Below, one piece after another: positions 43,010 through 57,122 of a DNA stretch of 64,000 nucleotides. Under the pieces are notes generated by a model. That model worked only from the letters and a program-made list of their open reading frames with translations, was not told the DNA's origin and made no database searches. This DNA is from the human T2T-CHM13v2.0 reference genome, Homo sapiens. The number at the start of each line of letters is the position of its first letter. The first letter of the stretch is position 1. A program made the position numbers and the translations under genes. The stretch lies in assembly GCF_009914755.1 (NCBI RefSeq), contig NC_060948.1; one strand, 5' to 3'.

Positions 43010-46000
43010 GGCCTGTAATAAAGTGGAATGCTACGGTCTCGAATGGAATAAAAATGTATGGAATGGAATGCAATGAAACGGAATCGAATGTCATAGAAGT
43101 AATGGAATGCAAAAAAATGGACTCCAAAATCATTGACTGGAAAGGCTGGGTGTCGAAAGGAATTTACTCCAATGGAATGGAATCGAATGGAATGGAAGTG
43201 AATAGAATCGAACTAAATCGAATGGAATGGAATTGATAGGAACGGAATGGAAAGGAATGCAATGATTTCGCATGGAATGGAATCGAATGGCATCGAATGG
43301 AATGGAATGGAATGCAATGGAATGGAATGTATTAAAATGTAATGAACTTTAATGGAATGTACTCGAATGGATTCGACTGGAATGGAATGTTCTCGAAGTG
43401 AATGGACTCCAATGGAATGGATTCGAAAGGAATGGAATCTAATGGAATGGAATTAAATGGAAATGAATCAAATTGAATAGAACGGAATTGAATTGAATGG
43501 AATCGAATGCAATGGAATCTAATGAAACGGAAAGGAAAGGAATGGAATGGAATGGAATGGAATGGGCTGGAATGGAATGGAATCGAAACGAATGGAATGG
43601 AATCGAACTGAAGAGACTGGAATGGAATACACTGGAATGGAAGGGAATGTAATGGAAGGTTCTCGAAAAAATGTAATTGAAAGGAATGGAATTGAGTGGA
43701 ACGGAATAGAGTCGAATGGAATTCAATGGAATGGAATGGACTAGAGTGAAATGGAATCGAACCACAAGGAATGGACAGGAATAGAATGGTCTCGAATTGA
43801 ATGGAATCGTATGGAATGGCATCAAACGGAATGGAATGGACAGCCACGGAATGGAATGCACTCGAATGCAATGGAGTCGAAACTAATGGACTGGAATAGA
43901 ATGGACTCGACTGGTACGGACTCCAATGGAATGGAATCGAATGGAAGGGAATCGAACGGAATGGACTCGAAGGGAAAAGACTGCAATGGAAAGGTCTCGA
44001 ATGGAATGGAAATTAATGGAATGGAATGGAATCGAATGAAATGGAGTCAAAAGGAATGGAATCGAATGGCAAGAAATCGGATGTAATGGAATCGCAAGGA
44101 ATTGATGTGAACGGAACGGAATGGAATGGAATCCAAAGGAATGGAATAGAATGGAATGGAATCGAATGGAAAGGACTCGAATGGAAATCACTCGAATAGA
44201 ATGCAATTTAATAAAATAGGATCAAATGTAATGGAATGGAATGGAAAGGAATCAAAACGAAAGGAATGGAGACAGATGGAATGGAATGGAACAGAGAGCA
44301 ATGGTATAGAATGGAATGGAATCATCTGGAATGGAATTGAATGGAATGGAATAACATGAAATGGACTGGAATGGAATGGAATGCCCTTGAATTAAATGGA
44401 CTGGAATGGAATGGACTCGAACAGAGTGGAATGGAAAGTGTTGAAATAGAATGGAATGGACTCGTTTGGAATGGTCTAGTATGCAATGCAATCGACTGGC
44501 AGGGAATCAAAAGGAATGTAATCGAATGGATTGGACTGGAATGCAATGGACTCGAATAGATTGGAAACGGAATGCAAAGGAATGGAATGGAATAGTATGG
44601 AATGGAATGGAAAGGAATGGAGTGGAATAGACTAGAGTGGAATGGAATGGACTCGAAAGCAATGGACTGGAATGGAACTTTCTTGAATGGACTGGAATCA
44701 AACGGAATGGAATGTAATGCAATCAAATGGCATGGAATAAAATAGAATGAAAGAGAATCAAATGGAATTGAATCGAATGGAATCGAATGGATTGGAAAGG
44801 AATAGAATGGAATGGAATGGAATTGACTCAAATGGAATGGACTAGAATGGAATGGATTCGAATGGAAGGCAAAGGAATGGAATCTATTGGAATGGACTGT
44901 AATGGAATGGAATGGAAGGGATTGGAATGGACTCGAATGGAATGGACTGCAATAGAAAGGATTCGAATGGAATGAAAAAGAATTGAATGGAATAGAACAG
45001 AATGGAATCAAATCGAATGAAATGGAATGGAATAGAAAGGAATGGAATGAAATGGAATGGAAAGGATTCGAATGGAATGCAATCGAATGGACTGGAATCG
45101 AACGGAATGGAATAAAATGGAAGAAAACTGGCAAGAAATGGAATCGAAATGAATGGAGTGTTATGGAACGGACTCAAAAGGAATTGAATGTAATAGAATG
45201 GAGTGGAGTGGACTCCAATATAATAGACTGGAATGGAATGAAATCACATGGAATGGGAACGAATGGAATGGAATGGAAAGGAATGGAATCGAATGGAAAG
45301 GAATCGAATGGAAGGGAATGAAATTGAATCAACAGGAATGGAAAGGAGTAGAATAGACGGTAATGGAATGGGCTCGAATAGAATGGACACGAATGCTCAA
45401 ATTAAATGGACTCGAATGGAATGGAAACGAAGGGAATGTCATCGAATGGAATTGAATCGATTGGAATGAAATCACATAGAATGGAGTGGAATCAAATGGA
45501 ATTGAATCGAAAGGAAAGGAAGCGAATGGACTGAAATGAAATGGAATGGAATTGAATGGAAATTAATGCAATGGAATAGAATGGAAAGAAATTTCACGGA
45601 ATGGAATCAAACTGAATGGAATCAAATCAATGGAATATAATCAAATGGAATGGAAAGGAATTGAATGGAGTAGATTGGATTGGATGGGATTGGAATGAAA
45701 TGTACTGGAAAGGACTCGAATTTCATGAAACGGAATGGAATGAATTAGAACGGAATGGACTCGAATGGAATGGAATATCACGGAATGGCATCAAATGGAA
45801 TGGCATCAATTGGAATGGAATCGAATGCAATGGAATGCTATGGAATGGAATGGAATGCATTGGAATGGAATGTCCTCTAATGGAATGGATTCGAGTGGAA
45901 TGGAATCGAATATAATGGAGTCTAATGAAATTGAATTGAAAGGAATGGGATCCAATACAATGGAATATACTGGAATGTAATGTAATGAACTCGAATGTAA

Positions 46001-46551
46001 TTGACTGGAATGGAATGTACATGAATGGAATGTAATCGAATGGAAAGTAATCCAATGGAATAGAATCTAATGCAATAAAATCGACTCAAGTAGAGTAGAA
46101 TATAATGGAATGGAGTGCAGTGCAATGGAATGGAATGGAATGGAATGCAATGGAATGGAATGGAATGGAATGGAATGGAATGGAATGGGATGGAATGGTA
46201 TGGAATGGATAGTAATAGACTGGAGTGAAATGGACTGGAAAGGAATGGACTCAAATTGAAAGGGCTCGAAAGGAATGGAGTCAAATGGAATGGTCTGGAA
46301 TGGAATGAACACGAATGTAATGCAATCCAATAGAATGGAATCGAATGGCATGGAATGTAAAGAAATGGAATCGAAGAGAATGGAAACAAATGGAATGGAA
46401 TTGAATGGAATGGAATTGAATGGAATGGGAACGAATGGAGTGAAATTGTATGCAGTAGAAGAGAATAGAATGGAATGCAAGCGAAAGGAAAGGAATGGAT
46501 TGGAATGGAATGGAATTCATTGGAATGGAAGGGAATGTAGTGTAATGGACA
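43010..46551 (-). repeat. DYZ1 monomer U13 (3542 bp)
   Basis: HaeIII 43010 to 46552. Same class as U6/U10. Confidence 0.92.
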
Positions 46552-49500
46552 GGCCTGGAATAAAGTGGAATGCTACGGTCTCGAATGGAATAAAAATGTA
46601 TGGAATGGAATGCAATGAAACGGAATCGAATGTCATAGAATGTAATGGAATGCAAAAAAATGGAATCCAAAATCATTGACTGGAAAGGCTGGGTGTCGAA
46701 AGGAATTGACTCCAATGGAATGGAATCGAATGGCATGGAAGTGAATAGAATGGAACTAAATCGAATGGAATGGAATTGATAGGAACGGAATGGAAAGGAA
46801 TGCAATGATTTGGCATGGAATGGAATCGAATGGCATCGAATGGAATGGAATGGAATGCAATGGAATGGAATGTATTAGAATGTAATGAACTTTAATGGAA
46901 TGTACTCGAATGGATTCGACTGGAATGGAATGTTCTCGAAGTGAATGGACTCCAATGGAATGGATTCGAAAGGAATGGAATCTAATGGAATGGAATTAAA
47001 TGGAAATGAATCAAATTGAATAGAACGGAATTGAATTGAATGGAATCGAATGCAATGGAATCTAATGAAAAGGAAAGGAAAGGAATGGAATGGATTGGAA
47101 TGGAATGGGCTGGAATGGAATGGAATCGAAACGAATGGAATGGAATCGAACTGAAGAGACTGGAATGGAATGCACTGGAATGGAAGGGAATGTAATGGAA
47201 GGTTCTCAAGAAAAATGGAATCGAAAGGAATGGAATTGAATGGAACGGAATAGAGTCGAATGGAATTCAATGGAATGGAATGGACTAGAGTGAAATGGAA
47301 TCGAACCACAAGGAATGGACAGGAATAGAATGGTCTCGAATTGAATGGAATCGTATGGAATGGCATCAAACGGAATGGAATGGACAGCCACGGAATGGAA
47401 TGCACTCGAATGCAATGGAGTCGACACTAACGGAGTGGAATAGAATGGACTCGACTGGTACGGACTCCAATGGAATGGAATCGAATGGAAGGGTATCGAA
47501 CGGAATGGACTCGAAGGGAAAAGACTGCAATGGAAAGGTCTCGAATGGAATGGAAATTAATGGAATGGAATGGAATCGAATGAAATGGAGTCAAAAGGAA
47601 TGGAATCGAATGGCAAGAAATCGAATGTAATGGAATCGCAAGGAATTGAAGTGAACGGAACGGAATGCAATGGAATCCAAAGGAATGGAATAGAATGGAA
47701 TGGAATCGAATGGAAAGGACTCGAATGGAAATCACTCGAATAGAATGCAATTTAATAAAATAGGATCAAATGTAATGGAATGGAATGGAAAGGAATCGAA
47801 ACGAAAGGAATGGAGACAGATGGAATGGAATGGAACAGAGAGCAATGGTATAGAATGGAATGGAATCATCTGGAATGGAATTGAATGGAATGGAATAATA
47901 TGAAATGGAATGGAATGGAATGGAATGCCCTTGAATTAAATGGACTGGAATGGAATGGACTCGAACAGAGTGGAATGGAAAGTGTTGAAATAGAATGGAA
48001 TGGACTCGTTTGGAATGGTCTAGTATGCAATGCAATCGACTGGCAGGGAATCAAAAGGAATGTAATCGAATGGATTGGACTGGAATGCAATGGACTCGAA
48101 TAGATTGGAAACGGAAAGCAAAGGAATGGAATGGAATAGTATGGAATGGAATGGAAAGGAATGGAGTGGAATAGACTAGAGTGGAATGGAATGGACTGGA
48201 AAGCAATGGACTGGAATGGAACTTTCTTGAATGGACTGGAATCAAACGGAATGGAATGCAATGCAATCAAATGGCATGGAATAAAATAGAATGAAAGAGA
48301 ATCAAATGGAATTGAATCGAATGGAATCGAATGGATTGGAAAGGAATAGAATGGAATGGAACGGAATTGACTCAAATGGAATGGACTAGAATGGAATGGA
48401 TTCGAATGGAAGGCAAATGAATGGAATCTATTGGAATGGACTGTAATGGAATGGAATGGAAGGGATTGGAATGGACTCGAATAGAATGGACTGCAATAGA
48501 AAGGATTCGAATGGAATGAAAAAGAATTGAATGAAATAGAAGAGAATGGAAACAAATCGAATGAAATGGAATGGAAGAGAAAGGAATGGAATGAAATGGA
48601 ATGGAAAGGATTCGAATGGAATGCAATCGAATGGAATGGAATCGAACGGAATGGAATAAAATGGAAGAAAACTGGCAAGAAATGGAATCGAAATGAATGG
48701 AGTGTTATGGAACGGACTCAAAAGGAATTGAATGTAATAGAATGGAGTGGAGTGGACTCGAATATAATGGACTGGAATGGAATGAAATCACATGGAATGG
48801 GAACGAATGGAATGGAATGGAAAGGAATGGAATCGAATGGAAAGGAATCGAATGGAAGGGAATGAAATTGAATCAACAGGAATGGAAGGGAGTAGAATAG
48901 ACGGTAATGGAATGGACTCGAATAGAATGGACACGAATGCTCAAATTGAATGGACTCGAATGGAATGGAAACGAAAGGAATGTCATCGAATGGAATTGAA
49001 TCGATTGGAATGAAATCGCATAGAATGGAGTGGAATCAAATGGAATTGAATCGAAAGGAAAGGAAGCGAATGGACTGAAATGAAATGGAATGGAATTGAA
49101 TGGAAAGTAATGCAATGGAATAGAATGGAACGAAATTTCACGGAATGGAATCAAACTGAATGGAATCAAATCAATGGAATATAATCAAATGGAATGGAAA
49201 GGAATTGAACGGAGTAGATTGGATTGGATGGGATTGGAATGAAATGTACTGGAAAGGACTCGAAATTCATGAAACGGAATGGAATGAACTGGAACGGAAT
49301 GGAATCGAATGGAATGGAATGTCATGTAATGGCATCAAATGGAATGGAATCGAATGCGATGGAATGCTATGGAATGGAATGGAATGCATAGGAATGGAAT
49401 GTCCTCTAATGGAATGTATTCGAGTGGAATGGAATCGAATATAATGCAGTCTAATGAAATGGAATTGAAAGGAATGGGACCGAATACAATGGAATAAACT

Positions 49501-50065
49501 GGAATGTAATGTAATGAACTCGAATGTAATTGACTGGAATGGAATGTACATGAATGGAATGTAATCGCATGGAAAGCAATCCAATGGAATAGAATCTAAT
49601 GCAATAAAATCGACTCAAATAGAGTAGAATGTAATGGAATGGAGTGCAGTGCAATGGAATGGAATGGAATGCAACGGAATGGAATGGAATGGAATGGAAT
49701 GGGATGGAATGGTATGGAATGGATAGTAATGGACTGGAGTGAAATGGACTGGAAAAGAATGGACTCAAATTGAAAGGGCTCGAAAGGAATGGAGTCAAAT
49801 GGAATGGTCTGGAATGGAATGAACACGAATGTAATGCAATCCAATAGAATGGAATCGAATGGCATAGAATATAAAGAAATGGAATCGAAGAGAATGGAAA
49901 CAAATGGAATGGAATTGAATGGAATGGAATTGAATGGAATGGGAACGAATGGAGTGAAATTGTATGCAGTAGAAGAGAATAGAATGGAATGCAAGCGAAA
50001 GGAAAGGAATGGATTGGAATGGAATGGAATTCATTGGAATGGAAGGGAATGTAGTGTAATGGACA
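46552..50065 (-). repeat. DYZ1 monomer U14 (3514 bp)
   Basis: HaeIII 46552 to 50066. Same class as U7/U8/U11. Confidence 0.92.
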
Positions 50066-53000
50066 GGCCTGGAATAAAGTGGAATGCTACGGTCTCGAAT
50101 GGAATAAAAATGTATGGAATGGAATGCAATGAAACGGAATCGAATGTCATAGAATGTAATGGAATGCAAAAAAATGGAATCCAAAATCATTGACTGGAAA
50201 GGCTGGGTGTCGAAAGGAATTGACTCCAATGGAATGGAATCGAATGGAATGGAAGTGAATAGAATCGAACTAAATCGAATGGAATGGAATTGATAGGAAC
50301 GGAATGGAAAGGAATGCAATGATTTGGCATGGAATGGAATCGAAAGGCATCGAATGGAATGGAATGGAATGCAATGGAATGGAATGTATTAGAATGTAAT
50401 GAACATTAATGGAAAGTACTCGAATGGATTCGACTGGAATGGAATGTTCTGGAAGTGAATGGACTCCAATGGAATGGATTCGAAAGGAATGGAATCGAAC
50501 GGAATGGAATTAAACGGAAATGAATCAAATAGAATAGAACGGAATTGAATTGAATGGAATCGAATGCAATGGAATCTAATGAAACGGAAAGGAATGGAAT
50601 GGAATGGGCTGGAATGGAATGGAATCGAAACGAATGGAATGGAATCGAACTGAAGAGACTGGAATGGAATGCACTGGAATGGAAGGGAATGTAATGGAAG
50701 GTTCTCGAAAAAAATGGAATCGAAAGGAATGGAATTGAATGGAACGGAATAGAGTCGAATGGAATTCAATGGAATGGAATGGACTAGAGTGAAATGGAAT
50801 CGAACCACAAGGAATGGACAGGAATAGAATGGTCTCGAATTGAATGGAATCGTATGGAATGGCATCAAACGGAATGGAATGGACGGCCACGGAATGGAAT
50901 GCACTCGAATGCAATGGAGTCGAAACTAATGGACTGGAATAGAATGGACTCGACTGGTACGGACTCCAATGGAATGGAATCGAATGGAAGGGAATCGAAC
51001 GGAATGGACTCGAAGGGAAAAGACTGCAATGGAAAGGTCTCGAATGGAATGGAAATTAATGGAATGGAATGGAATCGAATGAAATGGAGTCAAAAGGAAT
51101 GGAATCGAATGGCAAGAAATCGAATGTAATGGAATCGCAAGGAATTGATGTGAACGGAACGGAATGGAATGGAATCCAAAGGAATGGAATAGAATGGAAT
51201 GGAATCGAATGGAAAGGACTCGAATGGAAATCACTCGAATAGAATGCAATTTAATAAAATAGGATCAAATGTAATGGAATGGAATGGAAAGGAATCGAAA
51301 CGAAAGGAATGGAGACAGATGGAATGGAATGGAACAGAGAGCAATGGTATAGAATGGAATGGAATCATCTGGAATGGAATTGAATGGAATGGAATAATAT
51401 GAAATGGAATGGAATGGAATGGAATACCCTTGAATTAAATGGACTGGAATGGAATGGACTCGAACAGAGTGGAATGGAAAGTGTTGAAATAGAATGGAAT
51501 GGACTCGTTTGGAATGGTCTAGTATGCAATGCAATCGACTGGCAGGGAATCAAAAGGAATGTAATCGAATGGATTGGACTGGAATGCAATGGACTCGAAT
51601 AGATTGGAAACGGAAAGCAAAGGAATGGAATGGAATAGTATGGAATGGAATGCAAAGGAATGGAGTGGAATAGACTAGAGTGGAATGGAATGGACTGGAA
51701 AGCAATGGACTGGAATGGAACTTTCTTGAATGGACTGGAATCAAACGGAATGGAATGCAATGCAATCAAATGGCATGGAATAAAATAGAATGAAAGAGAA
51801 TCAAATGGAATTGAATCGAATGGAATCGAATGGATTGGAAAGGAATAGAATGGAATGGAATGGAATTGACTCAAATGGAATGGACTAGAATGGAATGGAT
51901 TCGAATGGAAGGCAAAGGAATGGAATCTATTGGAATGGACTGTAATGGAATGGAATGGAAGGGATTGTAATGGACTCGAATGGAATGGACTGCAGTAGAA
52001 AGGATTCGAATGGAATGAAAAAGAATTGAATGGAATAGAACAGAATGGAATCAAATCGAATGAAATGGAATGGAATAGAAAGGAATGGAATGAAATGGAA
52101 TGGAAAGGATTCGAATGGAATGCAATCGAATGGAATGAAATCGAATGGAATGGAATCGAACGGAATGGAATAAAATGGAAGAAAACTGGCAAGAAATGGA
52201 ATCGAAATGAATGGAGTGTTACGGAACGGACTCAAAAGGAATTGAATGTAATAGAATGGAGTGGAGTGGACTCGAATATAATGGACTAGAATGGAATGAA
52301 ATCACATGGAATGGGAACGAATGGAATGGAATGGAAAGGAATGGAATCGAATGGAAAGGAATCGAATGGAAGGGAATGAAATTGAATCAACAGGAATGGA
52401 AGGGAGTAGAATAGACGGTAATGGAATGGACTCGAATAGAATGGACACGAATGCTCAAATTGAATGGACTCGAATGGAATGGCAACGAAAGGAATGTCAT
52501 CGAATGGAATTGAATCGTTGGAATGAAATCACATAGAATGGAGTGGAATCAAATGGAATTGAATCGAAAGGAAAGGAAGCGAATGGACTGAAATGAAATG
52601 GAATGGAATTGAATGGAAATTAATGCAATGGAATAGAATGGAACGAAATTTCACGGAATGGAATCAAACTGAATGGAATCAAATCAATGGAATATAATCA
52701 AATGGAATGGAAAGGAATTGAATGGAGTAGATTGGATTGGATGGGATTGGAATGAAATGTACTGGAAAGGACTCGAATTTCATGAAACGGAATGGAATGA
52801 ATTAGAACGGAATGGACTCGAATGGAATGGAATGTCATGGAATGGCATCAAATGGAATGGAATCGAATGCAATGGAATGCTTTGGAATGGAATGGAATGC
52901 ATTGGAATGGAATGTCCTCTAATGGAATGTATTCGAGTGGAATGGAATCGAATATAATGGAGTCTAATGAAATGGAATTGAAAGGAATGGGACCGAATAC

Positions 53001-53578
53001 AATGGAATATACTGGAATGTAATGTAATGAACTCGAATGTAATTGACTGGAATGGAATGTACATGAATGGAATGTAATCGAATGGAAAGCAATCCAATGG
53101 AATAGAATCTAATGCAATAAAATCGACTCAAATAGAGTAGAATGTAATGGAATGGAGTGCAGTGCAATGGAATGGAATGGAATGGAATGCAATGGAATGG
53201 AATGGAATGGAATGGGATGGAATGGTATGGAATGGATAGTAATGGACTGGAGTGAAATGGACTGGAAAAGAATGGACTCAAATTGAAAGGGCTCGAAAGG
53301 AATGGAGTCAAATGGAATGGTCTGGAATGGAATGAACACGAATGTAATGCAATCCAATAGAATGGAATCGAATGGCATGGAATATAAAGAAATGGAATCG
53401 AAGAGAATGGAAACAAATGGAATGGAATTGAATGGAATGGAATTGAATGGAATGGGAACGAATGGAGTGAAATTGTATGCAGTAGAAGAGAATAGAATGG
53501 AATGCAAGCGAAAGGAAAGGAATGGATTGGAATGGAATGGAATTCATTGGAATGGAAGGGAATGTAGTGTAATGGACA
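50066..53578 (-). repeat. DYZ1 monomer U15 (3513 bp)
   Basis: HaeIII 50066 to 53579. Extra HaeIII site at 50885. Confidence 0.92.
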
Positions 53579-56500
53579 GGCCTGGAATAAAGTGGAATGC
53601 TACGGTCTCGAATGGAATAAAAATGTATGGAACGGAATGCAATGAAACGGAATCGAATGTCATAGAATGTAATGGAATGCAAAAAAATGGACTCCAAAAT
53701 CATTGACTGGAAAGGCTGGGTGTCGAAAGGAATTGACTCCAATGGAATGGAATCGAATGGAATGGAAGTGAATAGAATCGAACTAAATCGAATGGAATGG
53801 AATTGATAGGAACGGAATGGAAAGGAATGCAATGATTTGGCATGGAATGGAATCGAATGGCATCGAATGGAATGGAATGGAATGCAATGGAATGGAATGT
53901 ATTAGAATGTAATGAACTTTAATGGAATGTACTCGAATGGATTCGACTGGAATGGAATGTTCTCGAAGTGAATGGACTCCAATGGAATGGATTCGAAAGG
54001 AATGGAATCTAATGGAATGGAATTAAATGGAAATGAATCAAATTGAATAGAACGGAATTGAATTGAATGGAATCGAATGCAATGGAATCTAATGAAACGG
54101 AAAGGAAAGGAATGGAATGGATTGGAATGGAATGGGCTGGAATGGAATGGAATCGAAACGAATGGAATGGAATCGAACTGAAGAGACTGGAATGGAATGC
54201 ACTGGAATGGAAGGGAATGTAATGGAAGGTTCTCGAAAAAAATGGAATCGAAAGGAATGGAATTGAATGGAACGGAATAGAGTCGAATGGAATTGAATGG
54301 AATGGAATGGACTAGAGTGAAATGGAATCGAACCACAAGGAATGGACAGGAATAGAATGGTCTCGAATTGAATGGAATCGTATGGAATGGCATCAAACGG
54401 AATGGAATGGACAGCCACGGAATGGAATGGACACCCACGGAATGGAATGCACTCGAATGCAATGGAGTCGACACTAATGGACTGGAATAGAATGGACTCG
54501 ACTGGTACGGACTCCAATGGAATGGAATCGAATGGAAGGGAATCGAAAGGAATGGACTCGAAGGGAAAAGACTGCAATGGAAAGGTCTCGAATGGAATGG
54601 AAATTAATGGAATGGAATGGAATCGAATGAAATGGAGTCAAAAGGAATGGAATCGAATGGCAAGAAATCGAATGTAATGGAATCGCAAGGAATTGATGTG
54701 AACGGAACGGAATGGAATGGAATCCAAAGGAATGGAATAGAATGGAATGGAATCGAATGGAAAGGACTCGAATGGAAATCACTCGAATAGAATGCAATTT
54801 AATAAAATAGGATCAAATGTAATGGAATGGAATGGAAAGGAATCGAAACGAAAGGAATGGAGACAGATGGAATGGAATGGAACAGAGAGCAATGGTATAG
54901 AATGGAATGGAATCATCTGGAATGGAATTGAATGGAATGGAATAATATGAAATGGAATGGAATGGAATGGAATGCCCTTGAATTAAATGGACTGGAATGC
55001 AATGGACTCGAACAGAGTGGAATGGAAAGTGTTGAAATAGAATGGAATGGACTCGTTTGGAATGGTCTAGTATGCAATGCAATCGACTGGCAGGGAATCA
55101 AAAGGAATGTAATCGAATGGATTGGACTGGAATGCAATGGACTCGAATAGATTGGAAGCGGAAAGCAAAGGAATGGAATGGAATAGTATGGAATGGAATG
55201 CAAAGGAATGGAGTGGAATAGACTAGAGTGGAATGGAATGGACTCGAAAGCAATGGACTGGAATGGAACTTTCTTGAATGGACTGGAATCAAACGGAATG
55301 GAATGCAATGCAATCAAATGGCATGGAATAAAATAGAATGAAAGAGAATCAAATGGAATTGAATCGAATGGAATCGAATGGATTGGAAAGGAATAGAATG
55401 GAATGGAATGGAATTGACTCAAATGGAATGGACTAGAATGGAATGGATTCGAATGGAAGGCAAAGGAATGGAATCTATTGGAATGGACTGTAATGGAATG
55501 GAATGGAAGGGATTGGAATGGACTCGAATGGAATGCGCTGCAATAGAAAGGATTCGAATGGAATGAAAAAGAATTGAATGGAATAGAACAGAATGGAATC
55601 AAATCGAATGAAATGGAATGGAATAGAAAGGAATGCAATGAAATGGAATGGAAAGGATTCCAATGGAATGCAATCGAATGGAATGAAATCGATTGGAATG
55701 GAATCGAACGGAATGGAATAAAATGGAAGAAAACTGGCAAGAAATGGAGTCGAAATGAATGGAGTGTTATGGAACGGACTCAAAAGGAATTGAATGTAAT
55801 AGAATGGAGTGGAGTGGACTCGAATATAATGGACTGGAGTGGAATGAAATCACATGGAATGGGAACGAATGGAATGGAATGGAAAGGAATGGAATCGAAT
55901 GGAAAGGAATCGAATGGAAGGGAATGAAATTGAATCAACAGGAATGGAAGGGAGTAGAATCGACGGTAATGGAATGGACTCGAATAGAATGGACACGAAT
56001 GCTCAAATTGAATGGACTCGAATGGAATGGAAACGAAAGGAATGTCATCGAATGGAATTGAATCGATTGGAATGAAATCACATAGAATGGAGTGGAATCA
56101 AATGGAATTGAATCGAAAGGAAAGGAAGCGAATGGACTGAAATGAAATGGAATGGAATTGAATGGAAATTAATGCAATGGAATAGAATGGAACGAAATTT
56201 CACGGAATGGAATCAAACTGAATGGAATCAAATCAATGGAATATAATCAAATGGAATGGAAAGGAATTGAATGGAGTAGATTGGATTGGATGGGATTGGA
56301 ATGAAATGTACTGGAAAGGACTCGAATTTCATGAAACGGAATGGAATGAATTAGAACGGAATGGACTCGAATGGAATGGAATGTCATGGAATGGCATCAA
56401 ATGGAATGGAATCGAATGCGATGGAATGCTATGGAATGGAATGGAATGCATTGGAATGGAATGTCCTCTAATGGAATGGATTCGAGTGGAATGGAATCGA

Positions 56501-57122
56501 ATATAATGGAGTCTAATGAAATAGAATTGAAAGGAATGGGACCGAATACAATGGAATATACTGGAATGTAATGTAATGAACTCGAATGTAATTGACTGGA
56601 ATGGAATGTACGTGAATGGAATGTAATCGAATGGAAAGCAATCCAATGGAATAGAATCTAATGCAATAAAATCGAGTCAAATAGAGTAGAATGTAATGGA
56701 ATGGAGTGCAGTGCAATGGAATGGAATGGAATGGAATGCAATGGAATGGAATGGAATGGGATGGAATGGTATGGAATGGATAGTAATGGACTGGAGTGAA
56801 ATGGACTGGAAAAGAATGGACTCAAATTGAAAGGGCTCGAAAGGAATGGAGTCAAATGGAATGGTCTGGAATGGAATGAACACGAATGTAATGCAATCCA
56901 ATAGAATGGAATCGAATGGCATGGAATATAAAGAAATGGAATCGAAGAGAATGGAAACAAATGGAATGGAATTGAATGGAATGGAATTGAATGGAATGAG
57001 AACGAATGGAGTGAAATTGTATGCAGTAGAAGAGAATAGAATGGAATGCAAGCGAAAGGAAAGGAATGGATTGGAATGGAATGGAATTCATTGGAATGGA
57101 AGGGAATGTAGTGTAATGGACA
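53579..57122 (-). repeat. DYZ1 monomer U16 (3544 bp)
   Basis: HaeIII 53579 to 57123. 20-bp duplication at 54411-54450. Confidence 0.92.
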
